Below, one piece after another: positions 12,047 through 28,810 of a stretch of 64,000 nucleotides of DNA. Each line of letters begins with the position of its first letter. Position 1 is the stretch's first letter. A program made the translations under genes and the position numbers. Location of the stretch: assembly GCF_006345805.1 (NCBI RefSeq), contig NW_021835460.1:1-64000 (forward strand), in the 5' to 3' direction. This DNA is from Octopus sinensis. Lineage: Eukaryota. The notes under the pieces are model-generated. The model made no database searches and was not told where the DNA came from. It worked only from the letters and a program-made list of their open reading frames with translations.

Positions 12047-12277
12047 GGCGGCGAGCTGGCAGAAACGTTAGCACGCCGGGCGAAATGCGTTGCCGTATTT
12101 CGTCTGCCGTTACGTTCCGAGTTCAAATTCCGCCGAGGTCGACTTTGCCTTTCATCCTTCCGGGGTCGATAAATTAAGTACCAGTTACGCACTGGGGTCG
12201 ATGTAATCGACTTAATCCGTTTGTCTGTCCTTGTTTGTCTCCTCTGTGTTTAGCCCCTTGTGGGCAGTAAAGAAATA
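12047..12277 (+). mobile_element. SINE family B, full length
   Basis: 13-bp TSD TATATTCTCATCA at 12031-12043 and 12278-12290. Confidence 0.95.
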
Positions 12278-12317
12278 TATATTCTCATCAGGGTTCATGT
12301 ATCACATCTATTACAAT

Positions 12318-12508
12318 TCTTCTTCTTCTTCTTCTTCTTCTTCTTCTTCTTCTTCTTCTTCTTCTTCTTCTTCTTCTTCATCATCATCATCATCATCATC
12401 ATCGTTATCCTCATCATCTTCTTCTTCATCTTCTCCTACTCCTACTCCTCCTCCTCCTCCTTCTTCTTCTTCAAATTCTTCGTCGTATTCTTCTTTTTCT
12501 TCTTCTTC

Positions 12509-12541
<33 letters not shown>

Positions 12542-13047
12542 GTTATCATCATCATCTTCTTCTTCTTCTTCTTCTTCATTTTCTCCTACTCCTACTCCTA
12601 CTCCTCCTCCTTCTTCTTCTTCTTCAAATTCTTCTTCAAATTCTTCGTCATATTCTTCTTCTCCTTCTTCATCATCATCATCATCATCGTTATCATCATC
12701 ATCTTCTTCTTCTTCATCTTCTCCTCCTCCGCCTCCTCCTCCTTCTTCTTCATTTTCTTCTTCTTCATTTTCTTCTTCTTCATTTTCTTCTTCTTCATTT
12801 TCTTCTTCTTCTTCTCCTTCTTCTTCATCATCATCATCATCATCTTTTTCTTCTTCATCTTCTCCTCCTCCTCCTCCTCCGCCTCCGCCTCCTCCTTCTT
12901 CTTCTTCTTCATTTTCTTCTTCATATTCTTCTTCTTCATATTCTTCTTCTTCATTTCTTCTCCTTCTTCTTCTTCATATTCTTCATATTCTTCTTCTTCA
13001 TTTTCTTCTTCTTCTTCTCCTTCTTCTTCTTCTTCTTCTTCTTCTTC
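12318..13047. repeat. Compound (TTC/ATC/CTC)n tract, probable expanded RTE tail
   Basis: Directly abuts the RTE 3' end as (GAA)n on the minus strand. Confidence 0.9.
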
Positions 13048-13430
13048 TGTCCTTTGGTGCCTTTGAGCAACACATCAGGCAGTCAGTGATCGCCAACTAT
13101 CTCCATCTCTGGCTAACCGGTATGCTTCTTCCCAGGTGATGTTCAGCTTTAGGTCTTCTTTGAAGGTACTACACCATGTCTTCCTTGGCCGGCCTCTTTT
13201 CCTCTTACCTTCCAGCAGCATCTAGTCCATGGCTGTTTTGGCAAGCTTCTGGCAGCTTAGTATATGTCCAGCCATTCTCATTCATCATTTGGTTACAATT
13301 GCATACAGGGCCATGCAATTCTTGCTGCTTGGAGAATGTCTTCATTTGCCACTCTGTTTTGATAAGTGATTCTTAGGCTATTTCTGATGAAATCTATTGC
13401 ATCACCTGTGTTATGTCTCGCATTCTCACC
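13048..13430 (-). mobile_element. RTE-clade LINE 3' fragment
   Basis: Minus frame EGKRKRGRPRKTWCSTFKEDLKLNITWEEAYRLARDGDSWRSL, the typical RTE C-terminus, then (GAA)n. Confidence 0.85.
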
Positions 13431-13669
13431 ATGATACAAAGGCCAGAGCTCTTATATCTATCTATGGTAACGATCCCTATTGATCAATTTTTTTCCTTTC
13501 CCTCCCCCCCATTTTTTATTTTATCTCCCCCTTTTTTGTCCTCTTTCTTTCCTTTTGCGATCCCTTTTGATCGAAAACCAAACCCCCTTTTTTTACCCCC
13601 AAAAGAAAAGCTCTACCTTGTAATTTGTCCTGTCTGTGTGCAGCCCTGTGTGGCTAATAAAGAAACATA

Positions 13670-18000
<4,331 letters not shown>

Positions 18001-18149
18001 TGTCTAAGTTTGTGTGCATATATTTGTGTATGTGTATGTGTATGTGTATGTTTATGTCCGTGTCACTATATACGTGTGTGAATGCGTGTGCGTATATGAT
18101 AGTATCTATATGTACGTGTACATACGTGTTTACGGGTGTGTGTATGTGT

Positions 18150-18300
18150 AGGCGCAGGAGTGGCTGTGTGGTAAGTGGCTTGCTTACCAACCACATGGTT
18201 CCGGGTTCAATCCCACTGCGTGGCATCTTGGGTAAGTGTCTTCTACTGTAGCCTCGGGCCGACCAAAGCCTTGTGAGTGGATTGGGAAGACGGAAACTGA
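18150..18300 (+). mobile_element. SINE family A 5' half
   Basis: Head and CORE-like body. Confidence 0.85.
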
Positions 18301-19073
18301 GAGGCGGAGGATGGTGACAGAGAGGTTAGTGTAGAGAAAGTGGGAGTCAAACGAGAGGAAAAGAGGAAGACATGGTGAGAGAGGGAAAGAGAGAAATAAT
18401 GTGAGTGAGCGGGTGATGGTGGGAGATAAAGCAAGAGGGTGTGTTTGTGCTTATGTGTAAGTATGGGTGTGTATGTGTGAGTGTATGTATGAGTGTATAT
18501 GCGAGTGTGTGTATATGTGTGTATAGGGGTAGTTTGTCGTGTGTACGAATATAAGAAAACCGATGGAGGGAGGTAAGAAGTAAATGGCAGATCAAGAGGA
18601 ATAGTGGGAGGTAGAGCAGAGCAAAGAGAGAGAGGGGGAGAGGGAGATATAGAGAGAGAGAGAGAGAGAGAGAGAAAATAAGGGAATATAGTGGGTAGGA
18701 AGGAGAAGGGTGAGGGAGAGAGAAACGATGGGGGTAGGAGAACGAAAATAAGAGAGTGGGGAGAGAAGAAAGATAATAAAAACGAGAAAGAAGAAAACAA
18801 GAAAGGAGCAGAGAAATGAAGGAAAGATTAAGAATTATTGAGGAAGAAAACGGACAGAAGGGAGTTCCAACCCCAAAGCCAATATTTCAAGAATCCCTTT
18901 GACATAAAGTAGAGAATCGACCGGATATTATTTAGTGTGTTTTCACTGAAGCAACGTCCAGTGGAAAGGTGAAATATTATTGTAACAGAGAAGTTATCTG
19001 CCCTTGGTTGATTTCACCTAAGCAACAACTGGAATTAAAATTGAAAAAAAAATAATTAAAATGTTTAAAACAT

Positions 19074-19345
19074 TGGCGTAGGCGTAGCTGTGTGGTAAGA
19101 AGTTTACTTCTCAGCCACATCGTTTCGGGTTCTATTCCGCTGGGTGGCATCTTGGGCAACTGCATTCCAATGTAGCCCCAAGCCTATCAAAACCTATGAG
19201 TCGATCCCCACGATTCTGCCTCTGATCTAATCAGAAGGCCAGTAGCTGAGATAGGAGGTGGTCAGTCGTTGTCATCGACCCCAGCACTTGACTGGTGCTT
19301 TATCAATACTGAAGCTGATCTCGGCAAGATTTGAATTCCGTCAAA
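19074..19345. mobile_element. Degenerate SINE A head plus degenerate SINE B
   Basis: GGCGTAGCTGTGTGGTAAG...CATCTTGGGCAA; GTCGACCCCAGCAC...ATTTGAATTC. Confidence 0.6.
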
Positions 19346-20329
19346 TTTTTTTTATTGACTACATGTGTCCAGAGCATTGGAGACATTACAAAACTAAAAT
19401 GCATAGGAAGAGAATGAGCAAGAAATAGTGAGACGTGGGAATTGAATTGTATGGAATAAAATTATGAGATCAGCAATAACAATAAAGACGTCAAAAACTT
19501 GGATTTAATAAATACTAGTGTAAAAGCCGCACTCCGTGCTGACTTATAAGCTAGCTCATGTGGAGGGCTGATTGGGCCTTCGACCCAAAACTAAAGGGAG
19601 CTAAATAGCATGACTGTAATCCGTCTATAATGACTATATGACCTGGTGGTGTTTGATCAGAGGTTAAGGATGGATGAGAATTAATTCTGTAATGAAATCA
19701 TTCTATTGTTCCAGTCCCAAGTTGAATTCCAACTGTTGGCTAATTTGTCCGATAGTTCCTATCTCGACGTAAAATTAACGAAGCGAATGTCCTTCATCTC
19801 CCTCTTGATCTCTGACGTTATCTGACAAACGCCAACCAAGATGGCGTGAATCAGCCAAGCTATACCTGCTAGAAATAGCAACACAAATGCTTTTAAGTCA
19901 GATCCCAATGCTGGATGCTCAAGAACCGAATGAAGGGCAGATTTTCAATCCCAGGATCATCCTGATTCCAGAAAAGTGTATATTTAGAGCAAATGTAGCC
20001 AGATATACAGGGGTCTCAAACGAACCGACAGAATTTCGCTTTCATTATTATAAATGACTAAGCAAAACGGTTCAAAATTAAGGACTTGAAAGGATCCTAA
20101 ATATATGGGAAGTTATCATCTAGGTTCATCCAGGAACTTACACCCATTTATTTGGGCTCCATCTAGACTCATCAATTTGGTTAATTCTAACAAAACTTAA
20201 TGTATAGCAGCTTTTCCTTATTTTTCCTCATCTTTCTCCTCTAGTGGTACTTGAACTTAATTAAAGTTTGTATATGAACAAAAAGTTTTTTCTTTAAACC
20301 TTTCAACCCTGCAACTTCCTTCATTATAT

Positions 20330-20690
20330 CCACCGGATTAAGAAAGGGTGCCTACTCTTTTTGCTGAAGAAAGCCAGTAGTTTGTTCTTCAACATAGATT
20401 CAACTGACAACCGGGTCTGTCTTGCACGTGAAAACAATTCTTTGACATAACCCAGCAATGCACAGTCACCGAACGTGTGAGAATCGGACGGTTTTGTCAC
20501 TCTGAATGCACCCCAGACAGGTTCGGTAACCGGTGCCCCTGACACGGCAATACTTATTGAGTTTATTTAGGTTATTACTCCTGCAGCATCGTTCGTAGTA
20601 CCTATCTGAAAGTCCTTCAAAAGAGACTACTCGGACTGTTCTCATCAGCTCACAGAATCGCTCCCAGAACATCACCATGACCATATTCCT
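20330..20690 (-). mobile_element. Probable L1/Tx1-type LINE ORF2 C-terminal fragment
   Basis: Frameshifted C..C.QSDKTV.H...C...LGYVKELFSRARQTRLSVES resembles the CCHC region of L1/Tx1 ORF2 (from memory, unverified). Confidence 0.45.
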
Positions 20691-20699
20691 CTCTAACCC

Positions 20700-21090
20700 T
20701 TTGTAGAATACGATGGTTCACTTTTGACTCACTGAATTGTGTATATGGCGTGTGCAAGTAGTGCTTGGCAATATTTCAGACTCGATCTGCGATTCATTAA
20801 GACGACCAGATATTATCATTCTAGATAAGATATCAAAAGAGTGAATCATCGTAGACGTGACTCTATCTGAATTTATGAATGTGGCGGTTAAAGAAAAAAA
20901 ACCAAGACTTGGCATGGGAAATGCGAAGATTCTGAAGAGAATCCCAGCAGTCATAGGCGCCCTAAGTACCGTTGCAAACGCGGATTTGGTAGTTTCTTTA
21001 TTGAAATTAGAGTTACTATGGTAATTGCATTAATACAGAAATCTGTTGTTAGGAACAGCAACGATTGTTGGAAATATCCTCGATATCTAA
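20700..21090 (+). mobile_element. R4/Dong LINE RLE domain and C-terminus
   Basis: RRPDIIILDKISKE*IIVDV...IPAVIGALSTV...LIQKSV.LGTATIVGNILDI*. Confidence 0.8.
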
Positions 21091-21164
21091 GGAAATTAGA
21101 TGTGACCCATACTTAAGGACATTATTTCCAACTGTGACAGATTCGTGCATACTGTTAATTAAAT

Positions 21165-21345
21165 CGTGCCTGATCATAGACATCACTTGCCCTAGGGAGA
21201 ACCAGAATCGTGGAAAAAGGAGAGAAAAAATGACGAGATATGAAGCTCCGAAAAGAGAAATCAATAAGCTATGATCAATGAAAGTGGAATATAATGTTCC
21301 AATAACCGTTAGTGCCTTAGATATAGCGAGCAAAGAGATTAAGGG
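21165..21345 (+). mobile_element. Second R4/Dong RLE fragment
   Basis: SCLIIDITCPRE...REKMTRYEAPKREINKL*SMKV...VPITVSAL. Confidence 0.7.
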
Positions 21346-21656
21346 AAGGTGGTCTTAAAGTGACAACAAAATTGTTATAGAAACGAACCTGTCAAAATAG
21401 GATATTGGAAAAGGGTGTATAAAATATGGGTTGAGAGCGACATGCTGCCTGTCAGAGAACAAAGACTACTAGATCAGAAAAATTTTATCATGAAAAGACA
21501 ATGCCTCTCCCAGTTGAAACTGGAAGAGATTTTCAAAACCGCGAAAGATGAGGAACATGGTTATAGAGTAGAGAGACATGAACAAAAGATAACAGAAAGG
21601 AAAGAAATAGCCAAGGTGAAAGCAAGTTTTATTTTATGTAAGGAAACAATCCCCCT

Positions 21657-22255
21657 TATTTCTTTATTGCCCACAAAGGACTGAACATAGAGAGGACAAA
21701 CAAGGAGAGACAAACGGATTAAGTCGATTATATCGACCCCAGTGCGTAACTCGTACTTATTTAATCGATCCCGAAAGAATGAAAGGCAAAGTCGACCTCG
21801 GCGGGATTTGAACTCAGAACGTAACGGCAGACGAAATACCTATTTCTTTACTACCCACAGGGGACTAAACACAGAGGAGACAAACAAGGACAGACAAACG
21901 GATTAAGTCGATTACATCGACCCCAGTGCGTAACTGGTACTTAATTTATCGACCTCGAAAGAATAAAAGGCGAAGTCGATCTCGGCGGAATTTGAACTCA
22001 GAACGTAACGGCAGACGAAATACCTATTTCTTTACTACCCTCAGGGGGCTACACACAGAGGGGACAAACAAGGACAGTCAAACGGATTAAGTCGATTATA
22101 TCGAACCCAGTGCGTAACTGGTACTTAATTTATTGACCTCGAAAGGATGAAAGGCAAAGTCGACCTCGGCGGAATTTGAACTCAGAACGTAACGGCAGAT
22201 GAAATACCGCTAAGCATTTCGCCCGGTGTTCTAACGTTCCTGCCAGCTCGCCGCC
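21657..22255 (-). mobile_element. SINE family B trimer (one head, three 184-bp bodies)
   Basis: Junctions AAAGAAATAG|GTATTTCGTC at 21840/1 and 22024/5. Confidence 0.9.
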
Positions 22256-22437
22256 TTAAACAATCTGTCTGTAGAGGGGTGGGGGCAAAGGCTTAGTTAA
22301 ATGTTTAAATGAAACGCAAATTAGGGATATATGGATAAAACGGGATTACAAGCCTTGAGATAAATCGAAAGACAAAAACTGCGTAAATTAGTAAAGAGAC
22401 TAGCTATGCTATTAAACGAAAATCAATATTAAGAATA

Positions 22438-22850
22438 GGGGAGCGAGTTGGCAGAATTGTTAGCACGCCGGGAGAAATGCTTTAGCGACATTTTTTCCAA
22501 CTTTATGTTCTGAGCTCAAATTTCACCGAAGTTTATTTTGCTGTTTATCCTTTCGGGGTCGATAAAATAAGTAGCAGCTGAACACTGGGGTCAATGTAAT
22601 CGACTTACCCTACTCCCCCGAAATTGCGGGCCTACTGTGCCAAAATTTGAAATCAATATTAAGAATATATCATAAGGCGGGTGTTCTGACATAATCGTTA
22701 GCACACCGGGCAAAATGCTTAGTGGCATTTCTTCAGAGTTCAAATTCCGCCGAAGTCGACTTTGCTGTTCATCCCTTTCAAGGTCGATGTAATCGTCTTA
22801 CTCTCTCTCCCCCAAAGTTGCTGGCCTTGTGCCAAAATTTGAAACCAGTA
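22438..22850 (+). mobile_element. Two SINE family B copies with the alternative tail (GGCCTTGTGCCAAAATTTGAAA)
   Basis: First copy flanked by AAATCAATATTAAGAATA at 22420 and 22650. Confidence 0.85.
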
Positions 22851-22861
22851 TTAAATACATA

Positions 22862-23186
22862 GTGGAGGCGCAATGGCCCAATGGTTAGGGAAGCGGACTC
22901 GCAGTCGGAGAATTGCGGTTTCGATTCCCAGACCGGGCGTTGTGTGTGTTTATTGAGCGAAAACACCTAAAAGCTCCACGAGGCTCCGGCAGTGGTGGGG
23001 AGGGGCGACCCCTGTTGTACTCTTTCGCCACAACTTTCTCTCTCTCTCTCTCTCTTCCTGTTTCTTGAGTAACGCTGCAATGGACTGGCGTCCCGTCCAG
23101 CTGAGCTGGGGGGAACTCATAGGCCACAGAAAACGGGAAACCGGGCCCATGAGTCTGGCTAGGCTTGATAAGGGCGACGTTTTATC
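22862..23186 (+). mobile_element. SINE family C head with V-domain-like tail
   Basis: GGAGGCGCAATGGCCCAATGGTTAGG...GGTTTCGATTCC head; ATGGACTGGCGTCCCGTCCAG tail; TSD GTATTAAATACATA. Confidence 0.9.
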
Positions 23187-23710
23187 GTATTAAATACATA
23201 ACAGCTGTTAATCCCCTCATATATTGTGCAAACTCTATTGTAGAAATTCTTAGGCTTGAATGGCGAACAAAATCATTAAAAAATGAGTGAGAGAAAATCC
23301 TATGATATAAACGGAGACAAGAAAATCAACAGCGTGGTTGAGATTTCGAAAGCTAAATGCAATAATGGAAAAGAATATGGCGGATGAAAGACACACGAAC
23401 AAGCTCTAAAGAAACTACAACACGAAACATGAAGAGAGTTAGACAAAAAAAAATAAAGGAAAGAAAAGGAAAAGTCAGGTAAAAAAAAAAAAAGTAAGAT
23501 ATCAACAAAGAATAAATTAGCATCTGCAAAAGCAAATCTTGAGAAACAATGAAAGGAAATTTTGCTCACAGCTGAACAAGGATAATGGCTATCAGAGAAA
23601 TGCTGCGAAATGCTGGAGCAGAAATGGAATTTTTGATTAAATATTTAGAGCAAAAATGTGGAATCTAACGAAAGGAAAATTTACGGAAATATAAAAGTAA
23701 AATGAAAAAT

Positions 23711-23878
23711 AGGTCAATGGCTGTGTGGTAAGTAGCTTGCTAACCAACCACATGGTTCCGGGTTCAGTCCCACTGCGTGGCATCTTGGGCAAGTGTCTTC
23801 TGCTATAGCCCCGGGTCGACCAATGCCTTGTGAGTGGATTTGGTAGACGGAAACTGAAAGAAGCCTGTCGTATATATG

Positions 23879-23917
<39 letters not shown>

Positions 23918-24100
23918 ATGTGTGTGTGTTTGTGTGCTGGTGTGTTTACATCCCCGTCACCTAGCGGTTCGGCAAAAAGAGACCGATAGAATAAGTACTG
24001 GGCTTACAAAGAATAAGTCCCGGTGTCGATTTGCTCGACTAAAGGCGGTGCTCCAGCATGGCCGCAGTCAAATGACTGAAATAAGTAAAAGAAAAGAAAG
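23711..24100 (+). mobile_element. SINE family A
   Basis: Full-length match. Confidence 0.9.
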
Positions 24101-24335
24101 AAAGAATAAGAGAAAGCATAAAATATGTTTTAAAAGATATTCAAATGGGAAGTTTCTGGACCGGAATGTGTTCGGGGATTCTGGCTTCAAAAATTTCCTT
24201 TGCTTAGTGACTGTATAGAAAATGGGAAAACCAACATCGATGATCAAGAGGGAAGATAGTACTAATACAGAACGACAAAAAAGAAAAAGGGAGAAGAACT
24301 CGGTATTTATACATCTGTTGTGTGCTTACCGTCAC

Positions 24336-24562
24336 TCTTTTACTCTTTTACTCTTTTACTTGTTTCAGTCATTTGACTGTGGCCATGCTGGAGCACCGCC
24401 TTTTTAGTCGAGCAAATCGACCCCTAGGACTTATTCTTTGTAAGCCTATTACTTATTCTATCGGTCTCTTTTGCCGAACCGATAAGTTACGGGGACGTAA
24501 ACACACCAGCATCAGTTGTCAAGCGATGTTGGTGGGGAGGACAAACACACACACACACAACA

Positions 24563-24638
<76 letters not shown>

Positions 24639-24643
24639 TATAT

Positions 24644-24676
<33 letters not shown>

Positions 24677-24707
24677 CAGATAGATAGATATATGTATATA
24701 TACATAC

Positions 24708-24798
<91 letters not shown>

Positions 24799-24815
24799 AT
24801 ATATATATACATACA

Positions 24816-24852
<37 letters not shown>

Positions 24853-24905
24853 ATATATTATATAATATATATATATATTATATATATATAATATATATAT
24901 ACATA

Positions 24906-24939
<34 letters not shown>

Positions 24940-25092
24940 TACGACGGGCTTCTTTCAGTTCCGTCTACCAAATCCACTCACAAGGCTTTGGTCGGCCAAG
25001 GCTATAGTTGAAGACACTTGCCCAAGGTGCCACGCAGTGGGACTGAACCCGGAAACATGTAGTTAGTAAGCAAGCTACTTGCCACACAGCCA
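24336..25092 (-). mobile_element. SINE family A with central microsatellite expanded to about 400 bp
   Basis: Both halves intact around a CA/TA/GATA tract. Confidence 0.9.
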
Positions 25093-25349
25093 CTCTGGAA
25101 ATTACTGATTGTCCTCATAGAAAATGAATTCTGAAGAAAGATATTCTATAATCAGAGGACCGAAATAAATGCAGAAAGAAGCTGAAGGGAACTACTGGGC
25201 TGCTGTATATTTTGATAGCATGAATGAAAAATGTAGCTGCTGGTTGGATACACTAGAAGAAAGGACTCGATAACGTATCATACTTGGATTTTGGGAATGC
25301 TTGAGGACACTTGGGGTCAATGAGAAAGTTAACGGTTGTTTAGAAAAAG

Positions 25350-25840
25350 GCGAGCTGGCAGAATCGTTAAAATATTAAAGATTTTCTTAGAGCTCAATAT
25401 GTAACGATTATCGTTGTTACTATTCAAAAGCAACCGATGGAGCTCCCGTTTCTATATTATAAACCAATTTCCTTCTAGAAAGATTTCTGCTAAATTTTAA
25501 AAAAACGTGCAAGGAATCCTACATATATTCACTGCATTTTACGTACCGCATCTTGCTCCATAGAAAACCCGGCAAGTTTTCTATGGAAAACTTTCAGGCC
25601 GTTTTCAGGGCGGCGAGCTGGCAGAAACGTTAGTATGCCGGGCGAAATGTTTAGTGGTATTTCGTCTGCCGCAACGTTCTGAGCTCAAATTCCGCCGAGG
25701 TCGACTTTGCCTTTCATCCTTTCGGGGTCGATTAAATAAGTCCGAGTTACGCACTAGGGTCGATATAATCGACTTAATCCGTTTGTCTGTCCTTGTTTGT
25801 CCACTCTCTGTTTAGCCCCTTGTGGGTAGTAAAGAAATAG
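25350..25840 (+). mobile_element. Composite insertion: SINE B head, about 235-bp segment X, full SINE B
   Basis: 15-bp TSD GTTGTTTAGAAAAAG at 25335-25349 and 25841-25855. Confidence 0.85.
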
Positions 25841-26095
25841 GTTGTTTAGAAAAAGTGTGGAAATTACTGGGACTAGGAAATGTATAAATTTGTCAGGTGG
25901 TTTAATCGGGGGACAGGTTCCCTATATTACTTTTCGTGATTATGTTAATTCCTTCTGATGTGCGTTCTGAGAAAATCCACACCTGTTTAAGAATTTAATA
26001 AATATTGTCTGCGACCAGAATTTGATTAAACCAGGGTGAAATTAAATCACCGGCAATATATATAGATGATCTGAAACTATATACTTTAAATGAAA

Positions 26096-26327
26096 GGCGG
26101 CGAGCTGGCAGAAACGTTAGCACGCCGGGCGAAATGCGTAGCCGTATTTCGTCTGTCGTTACGTTCCGAGTTCAAATTCCGCCGAGGTCGACTTTGCCTT
26201 TCATCCTTTCGGGGTCGATAAATTAAGTACCAGTTACGCACTGGGGTCGATGTAATAGACTTAATCCGTTTGTCAGTCCTTGTTTGTCCACTCTCTGTTT
26301 AGCCCCTTGTGGGTAGTAAAGAAATAG
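26096..26327 (+). mobile_element. SINE family B
   Basis: Full-length match. Confidence 0.9.
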
Positions 26328-27379
26328 GTTGTTTAGAAAAAGTGTGGAAATTACTGGGACTAGGAAATGTATAAATTTGTCAGGTGGTATATCAGGGGGA
26401 CAGGTTCCCTATATTACTTTTCGTGATTATGTTAATTCCTTCTGATGTGCGTTCTGAGAAAATCCACACCTGTTTAAGAATTTAATAAATATTGTCTGCG
26501 ACCAGAATTTGATAAAACCAGGGTGAAATTAAATCACCGGCAATATATATAGATGATATGAAACTATATACTTTAAATGAAAAAGACCAGGATTCTCTGA
26601 TCGAAACACTAGCAGTATTTAGCAAGGATATTGCTATGCATGTTGGTGATAAATAAGTATGCGGTTTCAATTGTGAATAGAGGTCGAAAGATTAAATTTG
26701 ATGGTGTAAAGATACCACAAGATTATGTTTGCCTCTAAAGTTCACGAAAAGAATTGGGAAAGTGTTCAAAAGAAAATAAAATGGAATTCTATCAGGCCAA
26801 TCGATTTATGGGTCATGCCAGTACTGAAATTCTCTATAACTTTTCTAAGGTGGACAAAGACGGAACTACAGGAATAGAAGAACCGGGTAGCCTCTCTCAA
26901 TGCACAACGTACACAGCCCTTAAAATAATATTGACAAGTTATATTTACAAAGAAAAGAAAGAGGCAGAGGTTTGTTAAACGCAGACGACACCATCAATGC
27001 TGCGGTATTGGGTTTGTAAAACTTTATCGTGCATAGTAAAGAATGAATATTGTCTACGACCAGAAATAGCCAATAATTCAATGAAACAGAGAATTCACGA
27101 ATATATTGATGAAATTCAACCAGGAATCAAATGCTGAATCGCTGAAAATGTGATGAATGTATTAATCATCTTCTAACTGAATGCATTGAGAGAAACGCAA
27201 CAATAGTATAACCGTTGGCTTGATTGTACCAGTAAAAGAGAGCATTGATGTATTAGACATGTTTGTGAATCCAAGGTGACTAGAAAGTGATATTCAATAT
27301 CTGGAACTAGAGGATGTGATGATGAATGATAAATGTAGGATCTTATAGGACTTTCTTCGTTTATTATTTATTCATTTAT

Positions 27380-27742
27380 GCACCCTTTTCAAGCCTAGCC
27401 AGGCTCATGGGCCCGGTTTCCCGGTTTCTGCGGCGTATATGTCCCCTCCCCCGCCAGCTGGACGGGACGCCAGTCCATCGCAGCATTACCCAAGAAACAG
27501 CAAGAAAGAGTGAGAAAGAGTATGCATGTGTATCTGTGTTTATCTCCCCAACATCGCTTGACAACCGATGCTGGTGTGTTTACGTCCCCGTCACTTAGCG
27601 GTCCGGCAAAAGAGACCGATAGAATAAGTACTAGGCTTACAAACAATAAGTCCTGGGGTCGATTTGCTCGACTTCGACTAAAGGCGGTGCCCCAACATGG
27701 CCGCAGTCAAATGACTGAAACAACTAAAAGAGTAAAAGAGAG
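27380..27742. mobile_element. V-like SINE tail (minus) joined to SINE A 3' half (plus)
   Basis: Matches the 23060-23176 tail reversed, then the A 3' half. Confidence 0.8.
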
Positions 27743-28400
27743 TATAACATAAATTACCTGTCTGAATTTGACAAAGAAGATGTTGTCCGAAACGTCGATA
27801 TCAGTTTCTTCTCATTACAGCCCAATATATTGACTTTATTATTTGTTGTCTCTCGTTTATTTCGCTTCTCATAATTTCCATTTGATTATCACTCGAGTTA
27901 TGTTTATAGCTGTTCAGACTTGTTCAACAAGTTTCGTAAAGATCTAAAATGTTATCTCCCCCCCTCCTTCCTCTCTTTTGTTTCCTTCTGTCTGTCTTTC
28001 ATTCATTCTTTCTTTCTTTTCTTCTTTCTCTCTGTTTCTCCAGACACTTCTTTAGACACTCAGTACTCCTTCATTACTGAACCAATTGTATTCAACCAAT
28101 TCTTTTTTTTTTTCTTTTTTCATTTTTCATTTTTTTTTTTGGCTGTAGACATATAACATGGAGATTGAAAGATGACAGAAGACAGTCTAACAATGGCTCT
28201 CCATTAGTGGCCGCGACAAACTGAGCAACTTATACATCAATACAAAATCGCATAAATACACATATACATACATATAATAAATACATGCATTATACACACA
28301 CACACACACACACACTATATATATATATATAATATATATAGATATATATATATAACATACATATATATAATATATATATGTATTATATTATACATATAAT

Positions 28401-28432
<32 letters not shown>

Positions 28433-28463
28433 TTATAATATAGATATATATATATATATGTTG

Positions 28464-28495
<32 letters not shown>

Positions 28496-28738
28496 CAACA
28501 TATATAGCAGTAATGGTCTCTGCTGGTATAATGTACACAGCAAGGTTACCGCGTCAACGACAGTAAACTAATAAATATATTGAGATTTTTTTTGGCTCTT
28601 GACTGAGGAGAACAATAGTAATAATCTGGAGATTGCCTATGACAGCAAACTGCACATAGAAATATGCATTTATGTGTTTGTGCTTGTAGATATATGTTAA
28701 TATACATGCACGTATATATTTACATATGCATACATATA

Positions 28739-28810
<72 letters not shown>

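Larger units (their letters stand above)
21345..27310 (+). mobile_element. Near full-length decayed R4/Dong element broken by at least nine SINE insertions
   Basis: Collinear motifs across the gaps: KIW.E...V.EQRLLDQ (21415), RYQQRI (23500), G.E.V.GFW (24150), LWKLL, GWI...K..D...HTWIL (25250), G..QGD..P.LFVI and YIDD.KLY (25900-26580), AIDLWVMPVL (26800). Confidence 0.8.

Noticed and set aside
20006-20060. TA-CAGGGGTCTCAAA as a Tc1/pogo TIR
   Set aside because: No partner TIR or transposase found
22862-22940. tRNA genes at SINE heads (also 55417, 59140)
   Set aside because: No complete cloverleaf; they continue into SINE bodies and have TSDs
27760-27805. Hammerhead-like GACAA/TTGTC-C-GAAACGTC
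   Set aside because: No CUGANGA in register and no helix I pairing
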